Positions 16,783 to 24,113 of a stretch of DNA of 30,795 nucleotides are shown here, piece after piece (position 1 is the first letter of the stretch; each line of letters starts with the position of its first letter). Source of the DNA: a virus (Duplodnaviria; Caudoviricetes); IMG/VR virus record IMGVR_UViG_3300050162_000031, positions 1-30,795 of that record. One strand, given 5' to 3'. The position numbers and the translations under genes are program-made. The notes below the pieces were generated by a model, which ran no database searches, had not been told where the DNA came from, and worked only from the letters and a program-made list of their open reading frames with translations.

Positions 16783-18019
16783 TTACCTGCTCCACCGGGT
16801 CGATGTGATATTTGTGCTCCAAGCCCATGCGGATCTCGGACGCATCCAGCGCGCCCATGTCATGGTAAATCTTGGCGGTTTCGGCTTCGGTCTTGTCGGT
16901 CGCAGCGCGGTCTTTTTCGGATGGCACCCAGAGCGGGCAGAACTTGATTCGGTAGTCAGGGGTGTAGAGTCCAAGCTGACGCAGCACAATGCCCACGATG
17001 CGATCCACCGGGGCGGCAAGAGCCTGGCGCTGACGCTGCCCGATGCGGGCGTACCAGTTCTCAAGATCGGACGATCCAGAATTGAGGGAGCCAGTTTGCT
17101 GCCCGATCAGCAGTGATTTTGGCATACCCGTGACCGCGCACAGGGCATCGGCTTGTCGGTCCATCAGATCAGGCACAGACGTGAGCGCGGTGCTTTTGAG
17201 GTCGTAGGATTCTTCGCCGTCGATCACGACGGTGTTATTGATCCCCCGGGCCATGTCAACCAAGTCGATGCGCTGGCGCACGAGGGCTTCGCCACCGGGA
17301 GCGCGGAGAATGTTGGTCAACCCCGGAATCCCATGCACTGCCTGCTGCGCACGCTCCATCAGGGCATTGGCCCAGATGTGAGCCATATTCAGGCGAACAA
17401 GTTGGTCATAGCACTTTTGCAGCACAGACCCACCCCAGCCGTCATTCTGCTCGCGCACGCGGTCTGGCACGTTCGCACCGTCGAAAACCATGCAGCGAGA
17501 TTCGTGGACGTAATATGGCGCCCCGGTCAGCGGGCTGATCATGTAAATCTGAGTCTGCCCAAAACGCTTATCCATTGGGTCGGTGTATTTGGCATGGCGC
17601 GACACTTGCCAACGGTCATACACCCGCAACTGTTCAATCTCCTTGGCATTCTCAGGATTGAGCGGCTGGGTAAAATCCTGCCCATCATTGATGAGCATGA
17701 CCACAATCGAGCCGCCGTAAAGATCGGCCCATTTGAGTGCGTTGCCAAGGGCTTGATCTAGTTTCAGGCCCTCAAGCGCCGCCATCACGGCATCATCATC
17801 CACCCCCTCAACCTCAAACCCGCGCCGCACCATCTCGTCGGCGTGAGTGTCGATAATGCGGGCCGCAAAACCGTCATTCACATACAGCGAATCCAATTCC
17901 GACATACCCAAACTGCGGGCAGTGAGATTCGGGCCGCTGAATGAACTGCGGTCGCGGGAATTGCCCACGTTTAGGAAAACGTTTGCGTAGGCGCCGTCGG
18001 TTTTGGTTTGATCTGTCAT
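16751..18019 (-). CDS. Portal protein (DUF1073 family)
   Basis: 422 aa; WADLYGGS, VHESR, GWGGSVLQ and SDLENWY motifs; position. Confidence 0.9.
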   Translation of the reverse strand: MTDQTKTDGAYANVFLNVGNSRDRSSFSGPNLTARSLGMSELDSLYVNDGFAARIIDTHADEMVRRGFEVEGVDDDAVMAALEGLKLDQALGNALKWADLYGGSIVVMLINDGQDFTQPLNPENAKEIEQLRVYDRWQVSRHAKYTDPMDKRFGQTQIYMISPLTGAPYYVHESRCMVFDGANVPDRVREQNDGWGGSVLQKCYDQLVRLNMAHIWANALMERAQQAVHGIPGLTNILRAPGGEALVRQRIDLVDMARGINNTVVIDGEESYDLKSTALTSVPDLMDRQADALCAVTGMPKSLLIGQQTGSLNSGSSDLENWYARIGQRQRQALAAPVDRIVGIVLRQLGLYTPDYRIKFCPLWVPSEKDRAATDKTEAETAKIYHDMGALDASEIRMGLEHKYHIDPVEQVIGEEDPTEPA

Positions 18020-18351
18020 TGCAGAGAGTCGCGCAGCTTTTGGATTTCGGATGGGTCAGTGATGGGTGGGTAGCCATGCCACATCGCCGCAAGCTCCGCC
18101 GTGGCAATGCGGGCTGGATCGATGCGCGGCATGGCCCTGCGGGGCATGCGTGGCGCTGGATCGTCAGCATGAGCCAGCGCATCTCGGCCCGCATCGGTGA
18201 GCACGTAGACGCGCTCTATCAGACCTGCACGCATGAGGTCCGAGCGCGAGTTGTCGTCCCGCGCCCCACCCGTCCGAAGCTCAGACAATGAGCCACCAGC
18301 GGCGGCCAGGGCCTCAAGCATCAGGCGGGGGGCGCAGCCTTTGCGGATCAT
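18016..18351 (-). CDS. Hypothetical protein, possible winged-helix
   Basis: ATGA-coupled at both ends; DLMRAGLIERVYVLTDAGRDAL resembles a wHTH wing. Confidence 0.5.
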   Translation of the reverse strand: MIRKGCAPRLMLEALAAAGGSLSELRTGGARDDNSRSDLMRAGLIERVYVLTDAGRDALAHADDPAPRMPRRAMPRIDPARIATAELAAMWHGYPPITDPSEIQKLRDSLQ

Positions 18352-18434
18352 TGCGGCGCCGTCGCCACAGCTTGACGCAGCAGCCCCTCGCACAGTCCCA
18401 GGGCGGTGAGGATGATGGTGATGATGTGGCGCAT
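18348..18434 (-). CDS. 28-aa hydrophobic peptide
   Basis: Not in the ORF track. AAGGA SD, MRHIITIILTALGLCEGLLRQAVATAPQ, stop overlaps the next ATG. Confidence 0.5.
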   Translation of the reverse strand: MRHIITIILTALGLCEGLLRQAVATAPQ

Positions 18435-18443
18435 GGTTGGTCC

Positions 18444-19694
18444 TTAGCCGTTGAGGTGAGCAAGCATCGCGGTCACGATTGGGGCCGTGAAATTGGACGC
18501 ATTGCCGTGATCGCCAGTCGTCGCGGTGACTGATGCAACCGAGGCCCCGCCGCTCGCGGCATATGCAACGATGGCATCGGCGTTGCCCGCTTTAGGCACG
18601 AGCGCGTCAGCAGCAGATGCGGTGCACAGCAGACGCTTACCAGCGTATTTGCTGGCGCCAAAGCTGACTGGATTACATGCAGTCAGATTGGCAGCCAGAC
18701 CGCCGAATGGCGCAAATGTGCTGGCAATGGTTGCTGGGATTGATGCACCCATTGCCGACTGCAAATCGGCGACCGGGTAGATGCCGTACCAATTTTTGAT
18801 TTCCGGGTATTCGACCAGCGCCCGAAGCGACATCAAGCCACCCATTGACTGCCCGACTGCCGCGATTTTCCCGATGGTCAACCACGACTTGATCCAGTCA
18901 ATCGCCCTCTTTTGAGCCAACCACGCGTTTGGATTCCCCCAGTGGGCCGTTGATGTTGCCGTGCAAGCCACAACAATCCAACCGTCACCCAGCAGCCCGC
19001 GAATCATTGGCCTATTCAAATTTGACGAAAATCCAGCATTACCGTCGCTGATGTGGCTCATGTAATCGTCTCCAGTACCGTGACACCAGATTGCGACTTT
19101 TACGGTCGCGCCTGGCGCAAGCACGGCAGGAGGGACGAGCACAGCCACATCATCCGAGTCCGTGGTGTTGCGCCAGTAAATAGCAGCAGACAGGACCGAT
19201 GAGTATCCTGACGCTTGCACTTGAGCGAGCGCGACAGATGTGGGAACAGTGCCACCAGTCACCTCGACTTTGAGCGCTGGGTTTGTGGTGGCAATGCCAT
19301 CCATTTCAAATTCCACAACGCGCTGGATATTGCCGTTTCCGGAGTCCACAACCATACCAATATTGCGCGTCGGCAAGTCAGGCTCAAAACCGACTGGCAG
19401 CTCAAGCATGTATTGGAGGTTTGCGAAAGCCACGCCGGGTTTAATAAGACCCTCGTACTGCACTCGCCCACCAGGCTGCACGGATACTGTCACCGGTGTT
19501 TGGCCCGCTCCGTAATTTGACCATGAGTTTTTGAACGACCGAATCCCTACGCGCAATGGGTTTGACGCAGCCATACCCAGGATGGCAGCAGCCACACCAC
19601 CAGAGGACGAGCCGCCACCCGCAACAGGCACCCCCGCCTCATCCAAAACACCTCGTTTGATGAGTTCTTGGGAAAATACGTCGCGGATCGGCAT
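18444..19694 (-). CDS. Alpha/beta-hydrolase (esterase-like) fused to an RBP-like beta domain
   Basis: WCHGTG oxyanion motif, GQSMGG nucleophile elbow, candidate Asp (SAADALV) and His (GDHGN); upstream NSWSNYG...GRVQYEGLIKPG...LELPVGFEP segment; AGGAG SD. Confidence 0.75.
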   Translation of the reverse strand: MPIRDVFSQELIKRGVLDEAGVPVAGGGSSSGGVAAAILGMAASNPLRVGIRSFKNSWSNYGAGQTPVTVSVQPGGRVQYEGLIKPGVAFANLQYMLELPVGFEPDLPTRNIGMVVDSGNGNIQRVVEFEMDGIATTNPALKVEVTGGTVPTSVALAQVQASGYSSVLSAAIYWRNTTDSDDVAVLVPPAVLAPGATVKVAIWCHGTGDDYMSHISDGNAGFSSNLNRPMIRGLLGDGWIVVACTATSTAHWGNPNAWLAQKRAIDWIKSWLTIGKIAAVGQSMGGLMSLRALVEYPEIKNWYGIYPVADLQSAMGASIPATIASTFAPFGGLAANLTACNPVSFGASKYAGKRLLCTASAADALVPKAGNADAIVAYAASGGASVASVTATTGDHGNASNFTAPIVTAMLAHLNG

Positions 19695-19715
19695 GGTGTG
19701 GGCTCCTATGGGTTT

Positions 19716-19730
19716 GCGGGGATTATGTCA
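19716..19730 (-). promoter_or_regulatory. Extended -10 promoter for the hydrolase insert
   Basis: TGa-CATAAT-ccccgc-A, the TG being supplied by the TerL stop codon. Confidence 0.45.
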
Positions 19731-21137
19731 CAGGAGGGAGGATAGGTCAAACGAGCCGGATTCGTCGAAGGCCATGATGAACGCGTCGGCCAAATTGGGC
19801 GAAGCCACACCACGCTTTTTCATATCGGCCTTGGATTCCACCTTGACCTTGCCGTTTGCATAGTCGCGCTGCGGCTGGCTCAATTCGGCCTTGAGTTTGT
19901 CTAGGTGGGCCACCGACGACGAGATGCTGATTAGCTTCTCCGGGTCGTAGGTTTTCCCGTTGACCGCGTTGTAGGTGTTGCGGAATCTGTCAGCAACCAG
20001 CCACCAAGTCTGCGCCTTGAGATTGACGAACATATCCTTGTTTTTCTTTCCGGGCAGGTATTCGCTGTCAGGGTGACGCACAGCCGCCGAAGCAGTCCAG
20101 CCGGTGGCGGTCACGCGTTGAAAGCCACGGGCACCAGATGCCAATAGTTCATGCTCAAGCTGGTTGAACCGCCCCTTTGCCCCGGCCCCTACACCAATAT
20201 CGTCATATCGCAGCATGGGAATGCGCAGTTCCAAGCACCGGGTATGGGCATGGCTTGCAGCGCTCACCGGGTCTTTGTCTTTCCATTCCTCGACGCCTTG
20301 GCAGACAATCCCTTGTCGCCATACCAGCGCGTTCGCGTCTGGCCCATCGTCGGACACGTCGAAACCCGCCTCAAGCTGGCCACTTGGCACAATCCCTAGT
20401 TTGACGTGTGCGTCAACAGCCGCATTGACCCACGACGCTTTGATGACAGCCAGCGAGTCATTCGATATGGGCTCACCGCCGTATATGTGCTGGTACGCGT
20501 CAAAATCCGCCGCCTTCATCTGCTCCATGTGATCGCGCAGTTCAGCCGGGAATCTCGGGTTGTCGGTGTAATTGATCTTCTTGACGATGCAATATCGACG
20601 GTCGCCCTCGTAGTCTGGGAAATACCGCTCAGTCACAAACAGTTTGTGCGTGGCCTCAAGCACCGACCCAGGGTTATACGAAACCCAGATTTCAGAGCCG
20701 GGTTTGCGCATGGTAGGGATCAGGGCGTTCCACGATTCGGCGCTTACTGAATTGGCTTCTTCCAGCCAGGCCGCGTCGAAGTGTGAAAAGCCCTTGAGCT
20801 TCTGACTGTCCAGCCGCTTGGAACTGGCCTTGAGACCCGAGAACTTGATAATGCCCCCGTTGCTGGGGCATTCAATGTGGGTCTTCAGGATCGAAAAATG
20901 GTCGCCCAATTCTCGGCGCTCGATTTCCTCGACAAACTCTTGATACACCGAGTCGGCGATGCTTTCCATGATTTCACGGAAGCACACAATGCGCCATCCG
21001 TAAAACAGGACGTTATTTAGGAGGATAGAACAGTAGGTTCTAGTTTTCCCCGATCCGCGGCCTCCGAAGGCCACCTTAAACCGCGCTGGCTGTAGATATT
21101 CCTCGTAGGCCGGGAAAATATCGACAGCGAAGCTCAT
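19728..21137 (-). CDS. terL: Terminase large subunit (PBSX/Terminase_3-like)
   Basis: Walker A GGRGSGKT, Walker B WLEEA, LIPTMRKPGSEIWVSYNP, nuclease GFDVSD and SPNLADA. Confidence 0.95.
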   Translation of the reverse strand: MSFAVDIFPAYEEYLQPARFKVAFGGRGSGKTRTYCSILLNNVLFYGWRIVCFREIMESIADSVYQEFVEEIERRELGDHFSILKTHIECPSNGGIIKFSGLKASSKRLDSQKLKGFSHFDAAWLEEANSVSAESWNALIPTMRKPGSEIWVSYNPGSVLEATHKLFVTERYFPDYEGDRRYCIVKKINYTDNPRFPAELRDHMEQMKAADFDAYQHIYGGEPISNDSLAVIKASWVNAAVDAHVKLGIVPSGQLEAGFDVSDDGPDANALVWRQGIVCQGVEEWKDKDPVSAASHAHTRCLELRIPMLRYDDIGVGAGAKGRFNQLEHELLASGARGFQRVTATGWTASAAVRHPDSEYLPGKKNKDMFVNLKAQTWWLVADRFRNTYNAVNGKTYDPEKLISISSSVAHLDKLKAELSQPQRDYANGKVKVESKADMKKRGVASPNLADAFIMAFDESGSFDLSSLL

Positions 21138-21508
21138 TCTCGGACGATGTTATATACCGGGGCCGTGGGCTTCATCGAACCATCCGAAGACTTATGATCC
21201 TGCGTCACGGCATCAGAATAGCCGTGCTTGCCAAGCACCATCTTCGCCAATGGGGCATTGAAATTGCCGCGCAGGCCCTGGTTCAAAAGCTCGCGCTCCT
21301 GCGCACCCATCAATCGCTCGTGAGTTTCTGCGAAGGCCTCATACTCTTTGGCCCACTTGTAAACCGTGCGCCGAGCCTGGCCGATGTAGATGGCCAGACC
21401 GGCCATAGATGGGATGGCATCGCCCGCTTCAATCCAGCCGCCCGCCACGTATGCGTCGGCGAGGTCTTGCTTTTCTTGGCAATAGTCGAAGGGATGACCG
21501 GCGGGCAT
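21134..21508 (-). CDS. terS: Terminase small subunit
   Basis: PSMAGLAIYIG...TVYKW HTH, GLRGNFN and HGYSD motifs; overlaps the TerL start; ATG at 21508. Confidence 0.85.
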   Translation of the reverse strand: MPAGHPFDYCQEKQDLADAYVAGGWIEAGDAIPSMAGLAIYIGQARRTVYKWAKEYEAFAETHERLMGAQERELLNQGLRGNFNAPLAKMVLGKHGYSDAVTQDHKSSDGSMKPTAPVYNIVRE

Positions 21509-21516
21509 GGTATGGC

Positions 21517-21963
21517 TCAGATGTAGCGATAGCGGATTATATCGCTGGGGCGGCCGGTTTTGGCAAAGTCGCACTTGTCGGCGGCGGCATGGTCAATGAC
21601 GCCATCGCGCAGGACATATTCAATTTCGCCTTTGTTGAATGGTGGAACGCCGGTGTTTTCGATCCATTCGACGCCGAGTTGCGGTGCCGACTTGGCTTGC
21701 GCTACCATGCGGCCTCCGAAGAAAGCCACCTTTTCGGCGTCATATAGTCCATCTTTGTACCCGCGTTTTGCCAAGCCCAAAGTGCGGGCCGCGCAGGATC
21801 GCCAGATGGCCTTGAATGCGCTGGCTTCGGCGTAATTCATGCCCAGCGCCTCGATAATGTCGTTGCATTCGGCGTGGTATGCGGGATCGCCCGACAATGG
21901 GGCCTCAACTCGCACGCGGTAGTAGCTGACACTGCCGCCCGTATATTCGCGATTGTCTGTCAT
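21517..21963 (-). CDS. Conserved phage protein, DUF3310-like
   Basis: TGGSVSYY...AECNDIIEALGMNYAEASAFKAIWR...DAEK pattern; ATG at 21963 with AAGGGA SD. Confidence 0.6.
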   Translation of the reverse strand: MTDNREYTGGSVSYYRVRVEAPLSGDPAYHAECNDIIEALGMNYAEASAFKAIWRSCAARTLGLAKRGYKDGLYDAEKVAFFGGRMVAQAKSAPQLGVEWIENTGVPPFNKGEIEYVLRDGVIDHAAADKCDFAKTGRPSDIIRYRYI

Positions 21964-21984
21964 ATCCGTCCCTTGTTGAAAAGT

Positions 21985-22082
21985 CCCCGCTCCACTTAAT
22001 ACGCTGGCGGGGGCAGCGCTCAACACTTGCATCCTCTCCCGAGGACTAGGGGCCGGAGGCATCCCCGCGCAAGTAAGTGGTT
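21985..22082 (-). ncRNA. Structured leader RNA: multibranch fold plus pseudoknot
   Basis: Five helices and a 6-bp loop-to-tail pairing identified by eye; begins 7 nt after TGc-TATCAT (22094-22089). Confidence 0.55.
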
Positions 22083-22458
22083 AGAGGGATGATAGCACCA
22101 AAAGCTGATGAAATGGATTTGCCAGTTTTGCCGGGTTTTTGCGCTTGGTATCGCGCACACGGATGATGGCCTTGTTGCGATCCCGGTACCGGGCGCAGCG
22201 CTCCTTGTGCTCAATGCGGCCCGGATGGGGCTTGTCTTTGCCCGGCCCGATGGCGTAGATTGGCGACACGGAGCCCTTTGTGCCGGGGTCTTGGCGGCGC
22301 CAGGCGGAGATGTAAAACAGGCCTAGCGGGGATTTGTTGAGCGCCCCGTTGATCTTGCCGCGCTTGATGCCGGTCGTGTCGGCGATCTCCTGGGCTGTCA
22401 TGGGGCCGTGCTCGTAGATGGCGCGGTAAACGGCGTCGCGGGTGATGGGGGGTTGCAT
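22081..22458 (-). CDS. HTH DNA-binding protein
   Basis: HGPMTAQEIADTTGIKRGKINGAL HTH; basic C-terminus. Confidence 0.7.
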   Translation of the reverse strand: MQPPITRDAVYRAIYEHGPMTAQEIADTTGIKRGKINGALNKSPLGLFYISAWRRQDPGTKGSVSPIYAIGPGKDKPHPGRIEHKERCARYRDRNKAIIRVRDTKRKNPAKLANPFHQLLVLSSL

Positions 22459-22856
22459 TATGAACCAACTGGGGTGTACCCCAAACTCACAGACTCTGAG
22501 TAATAGCCACTAGATGTGCCAAGCCATCGCACATCCACATAGCCTTTTCGAGTGGCGAATTTATAGAACGTCCATTTGAAACTCTCTGGCTCATAGGCAA
22601 ATTCATATCCTGACGGGGTACTCCCGGCCGACTCTTCGGCGAGAAGGATGGGCTCTCCGACCAAGTCTTGCAAGTCTCCGACGATGGATTCGATCTCGAC
22701 GTTTTCACAGCAATCTTGCTCATGGTAAAACGTAAAAATTCCATCGGCACACTTCAGAGAAATAGTGTCGGATGTTGATGTCACTTCCGAGAATGTGCGG
22801 CCGACTAAGTCTTGCATTACTGGGGCATATGATCCCCGTGTGGTTTTCTTAACCAT
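22458..22856 (-). CDS. Conserved acidic phage protein (DUF7448-like)
   Basis: YHEQDCCENV, GDLQDLVGEPI, WTFYK and GYYSESV motifs; ATG at 22856 with GGAG SD. Confidence 0.75.
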   Translation of the reverse strand: MVKKTTRGSYAPVMQDLVGRTFSEVTSTSDTISLKCADGIFTFYHEQDCCENVEIESIVGDLQDLVGEPILLAEESAGSTPSGYEFAYEPESFKWTFYKFATRKGYVDVRWLGTSSGYYSESVSLGYTPVGS

Positions 22857-22881
22857 TTCTTGCTCCGGTTGAGTTGATAGC

Positions 22882-23068
22882 GAGAGTGCTTGGCAGCGAT
22901 CTCCAAGTTGGATGGGGGTATACGCAGTCAACGGTTGCCGCATGTATGCCTACACACTTCTTGGCCGTATCCCGTTGGTATGAGCCATCCTGAGTATTTG
23001 CCTCATCGTAAGCACCGCACAGGCAAATGTGCGGCCTTATTGCTGGTCGCTATCCAGCTTTCACTCTC
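22882..23068 (-). ncRNA. tRNA-shaped ornate ncRNA module 2
   Basis: 7-bp closing stem GAGAGTG/CACTCTC, D-like and T-like hairpins with complementary loops, internal hairpins with two more complementary loop pairs. Confidence 0.6.
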
Positions 23069-23175
23069 AGATCAGCGGGCCGGGCTTGATACCGGCTTGC
23101 ACCGCGCCGCGGGCCTTGGTGCATTTATCCCGCAGGTTCCACGCTGCGTGTCCATCCACGCCGCCGCTGATCTGA
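23067..23175 (-). ncRNA. tRNA-like ncRNA module 1 (pseudo-tRNA)
   Basis: 12-bp perfect closing stem, D-arm GCGTG-GATGGA-CACGC, T-arm GCCGG-TATCAAGC-CCGGC; no canonical anticodon arm, no CCA. Confidence 0.65.
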
Positions 23176-23194
23176 AAGCCCATCAAAGGGCTGC

Positions 23195-23210
23195 GCGGGA
23201 TTATACCCGC
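23195..23210 (-). promoter_or_regulatory. -10 box TATAAT for the ncRNA cluster, inside a palindrome
   Basis: GCGGG-TATAAT-CCCGC; the TAA is also the stop codon of the upstream ORF. Confidence 0.5.
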
Positions 23211-23398
23211 AGCGCGTCTAGCTGCGCTTTCAACGATTCCAATTCGGCCCGCATCCTGTTGAGCGACTCCAAAAGCGTCAGCGCCGCCCCAGATCCATGA
23301 TGGCTGGCCGCATAGTCCACGGCTTTTGCGCAGTCCAGAAATACGGCCTGGTTCGGCACCACGCCGGGCGGCAGGGTCACGAGGTAGGCGCTTACCAT
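23201..23398 (-). CDS. Hypothetical protein with C-terminal coiled coil
   Basis: ATG at 23398 overlaps the upstream gene end; LNRMRAELESLKAQLDAL heptads. Confidence 0.55.
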   Translation of the reverse strand: MVSAYLVTLPPGVVPNQAVFLDCAKAVDYAASHHGSGAALTLLESLNRMRAELESLKAQLDALRV

Positions 23399-23589
23399 GA
23401 TGTCACCACTCCCACCACAATGCCGACCCAAAACAGCGCTAGGGCGCACCAGACCTTGCGGGCTGCTTTGTAATCGTGCGTTTCGTGATAGCGCAGCACG
23501 GGGTGCGGCAATGGTGCCGACATTGGGGCGATGTGGGCGGCGAAGTCGGAAAGGTGCGACTGCTCGGCGCGGTTGACTGGGGATTGCAT
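23392..23589 (-). CDS. Small protein with C-terminal transmembrane helix
   Basis: AAGGAG SD; VWCALALFWVGIVVGVV. Confidence 0.65.
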   Translation of the reverse strand: MQSPVNRAEQSHLSDFAAHIAPMSAPLPHPVLRYHETHDYKAARKVWCALALFWVGIVVGVVTSW

Positions 23590-23631
23590 GGGGGCTCCTT
23601 GTTTTATGGGGGTGGCCCCGGAGGGCCGGGG

Positions 23632-23832
23632 TTATTGTTGCACTGCCTCGACTTGAGCCTTTGCCCACCCTTTGCACCAACGCATTCCGTAGGCTTGCGT
23701 GCGTGCGTTGAATTTGTCGAGTGCAGCTTGGGCAATGATCCAAGCCTTTTTTGCCGCATCCCACTTGGCGCCCGAAGATTTCAGGTCGTCCTTGATTTCA
23801 TAGGCATTGGTCACTGCGTAGGTAGCTTGCAT
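23632..23832 (-). CDS. DUF5710-like small protein
   Basis: YEIKDDLKSSGAKWDAAKKAW motif; GGAG SD; own promoter. Confidence 0.7.
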   Translation of the reverse strand: MQATYAVTNAYEIKDDLKSSGAKWDAAKKAWIIAQAALDKFNARTQAYGMRWCKGWAKAQVEAVQQ

Positions 23833-23849
23833 GATCTTCTCCGTCTGGT

Positions 23850-23896
23850 GTGTGTCGATGGCTCAATCATAACCGACAAAACACGGTCGATTGCAA
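23850..23896 (-). promoter_or_regulatory. Sigma70-like promoter with CATCGACACAC leader
   Basis: TTGCAA-19 nt-TATGAT-tgagc-CATCGACACAC; the spacer is longer than optimal. Confidence 0.5.
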
Positions 23897-23900
23897 TACC

Positions 23901-24113
23901 CTAGTGCGCCATGTGGTTATAGGCGCGGCGCACGATGTAGCCCCGGACAAGACTCAGCGCGGTGTAGATCGCGGTGATCCCGGCCGCTTGAGTGTGCGAC
24001 GTGTGCACGTCAAACAGGGCCATGATGGGCGGCGTGGCAAGCCAGCTCACGACAAAGCCCAGCCCCGTGCTTGTGACAGTCTCAAGGGCGGAGTGGCGGC
24101 GGGCCTGGGTCAT
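23901..24113 (-). CDS. Small two-TM membrane protein (DUF7220-like)
   Basis: MTQARRHSALE...SLVRGYIVRR pattern; ATGA-coupled; GGAG-like SD. Confidence 0.7.
   Translation of the reverse strand: MTQARRHSALETVTSTGLGFVVSWLATPPIMALFDVHTSHTQAAGITAIYTALSLVRGYIVRRAYNHMAH

Noticed and set aside
16751-18019. Anti-CBASS Acb1 label sometimes given to DUF1073 proteins
   Set aside because: Size, motifs and position indicate the portal; no separate phosphoesterase domain is evident.
22857-22943. N-terminal extension of the DCCE-motif ORF from ATG 22943
   Set aside because: No SD; ATG 22856 has GGAG, and the extension lies inside the structured RNA.
21985-23068. Known self-cleaving ribozymes (hammerhead, twister, pistol, HDV/theta)
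   Set aside because: Conserved catalytic core sequences not found by eye; a covariance-model search is still needed.
23067-23175. Functional decoding tRNA or tmRNA
   Set aside because: No 5-bp/7-nt anticodon arm, 8-nt T-loop, no CCA, and no tag reading frame.
22890-23300. 136-aa + strand ORF across the ncRNA cluster
   Set aside because: TTG start, opposite to local gene direction, no motifs; the base-pairing pattern explains the region better.
23612-23631. GGCCC-tccg-GGGCC hairpin as a terminator
   Set aside because: No T-run on the coding strand; at most a stability or processing hairpin.
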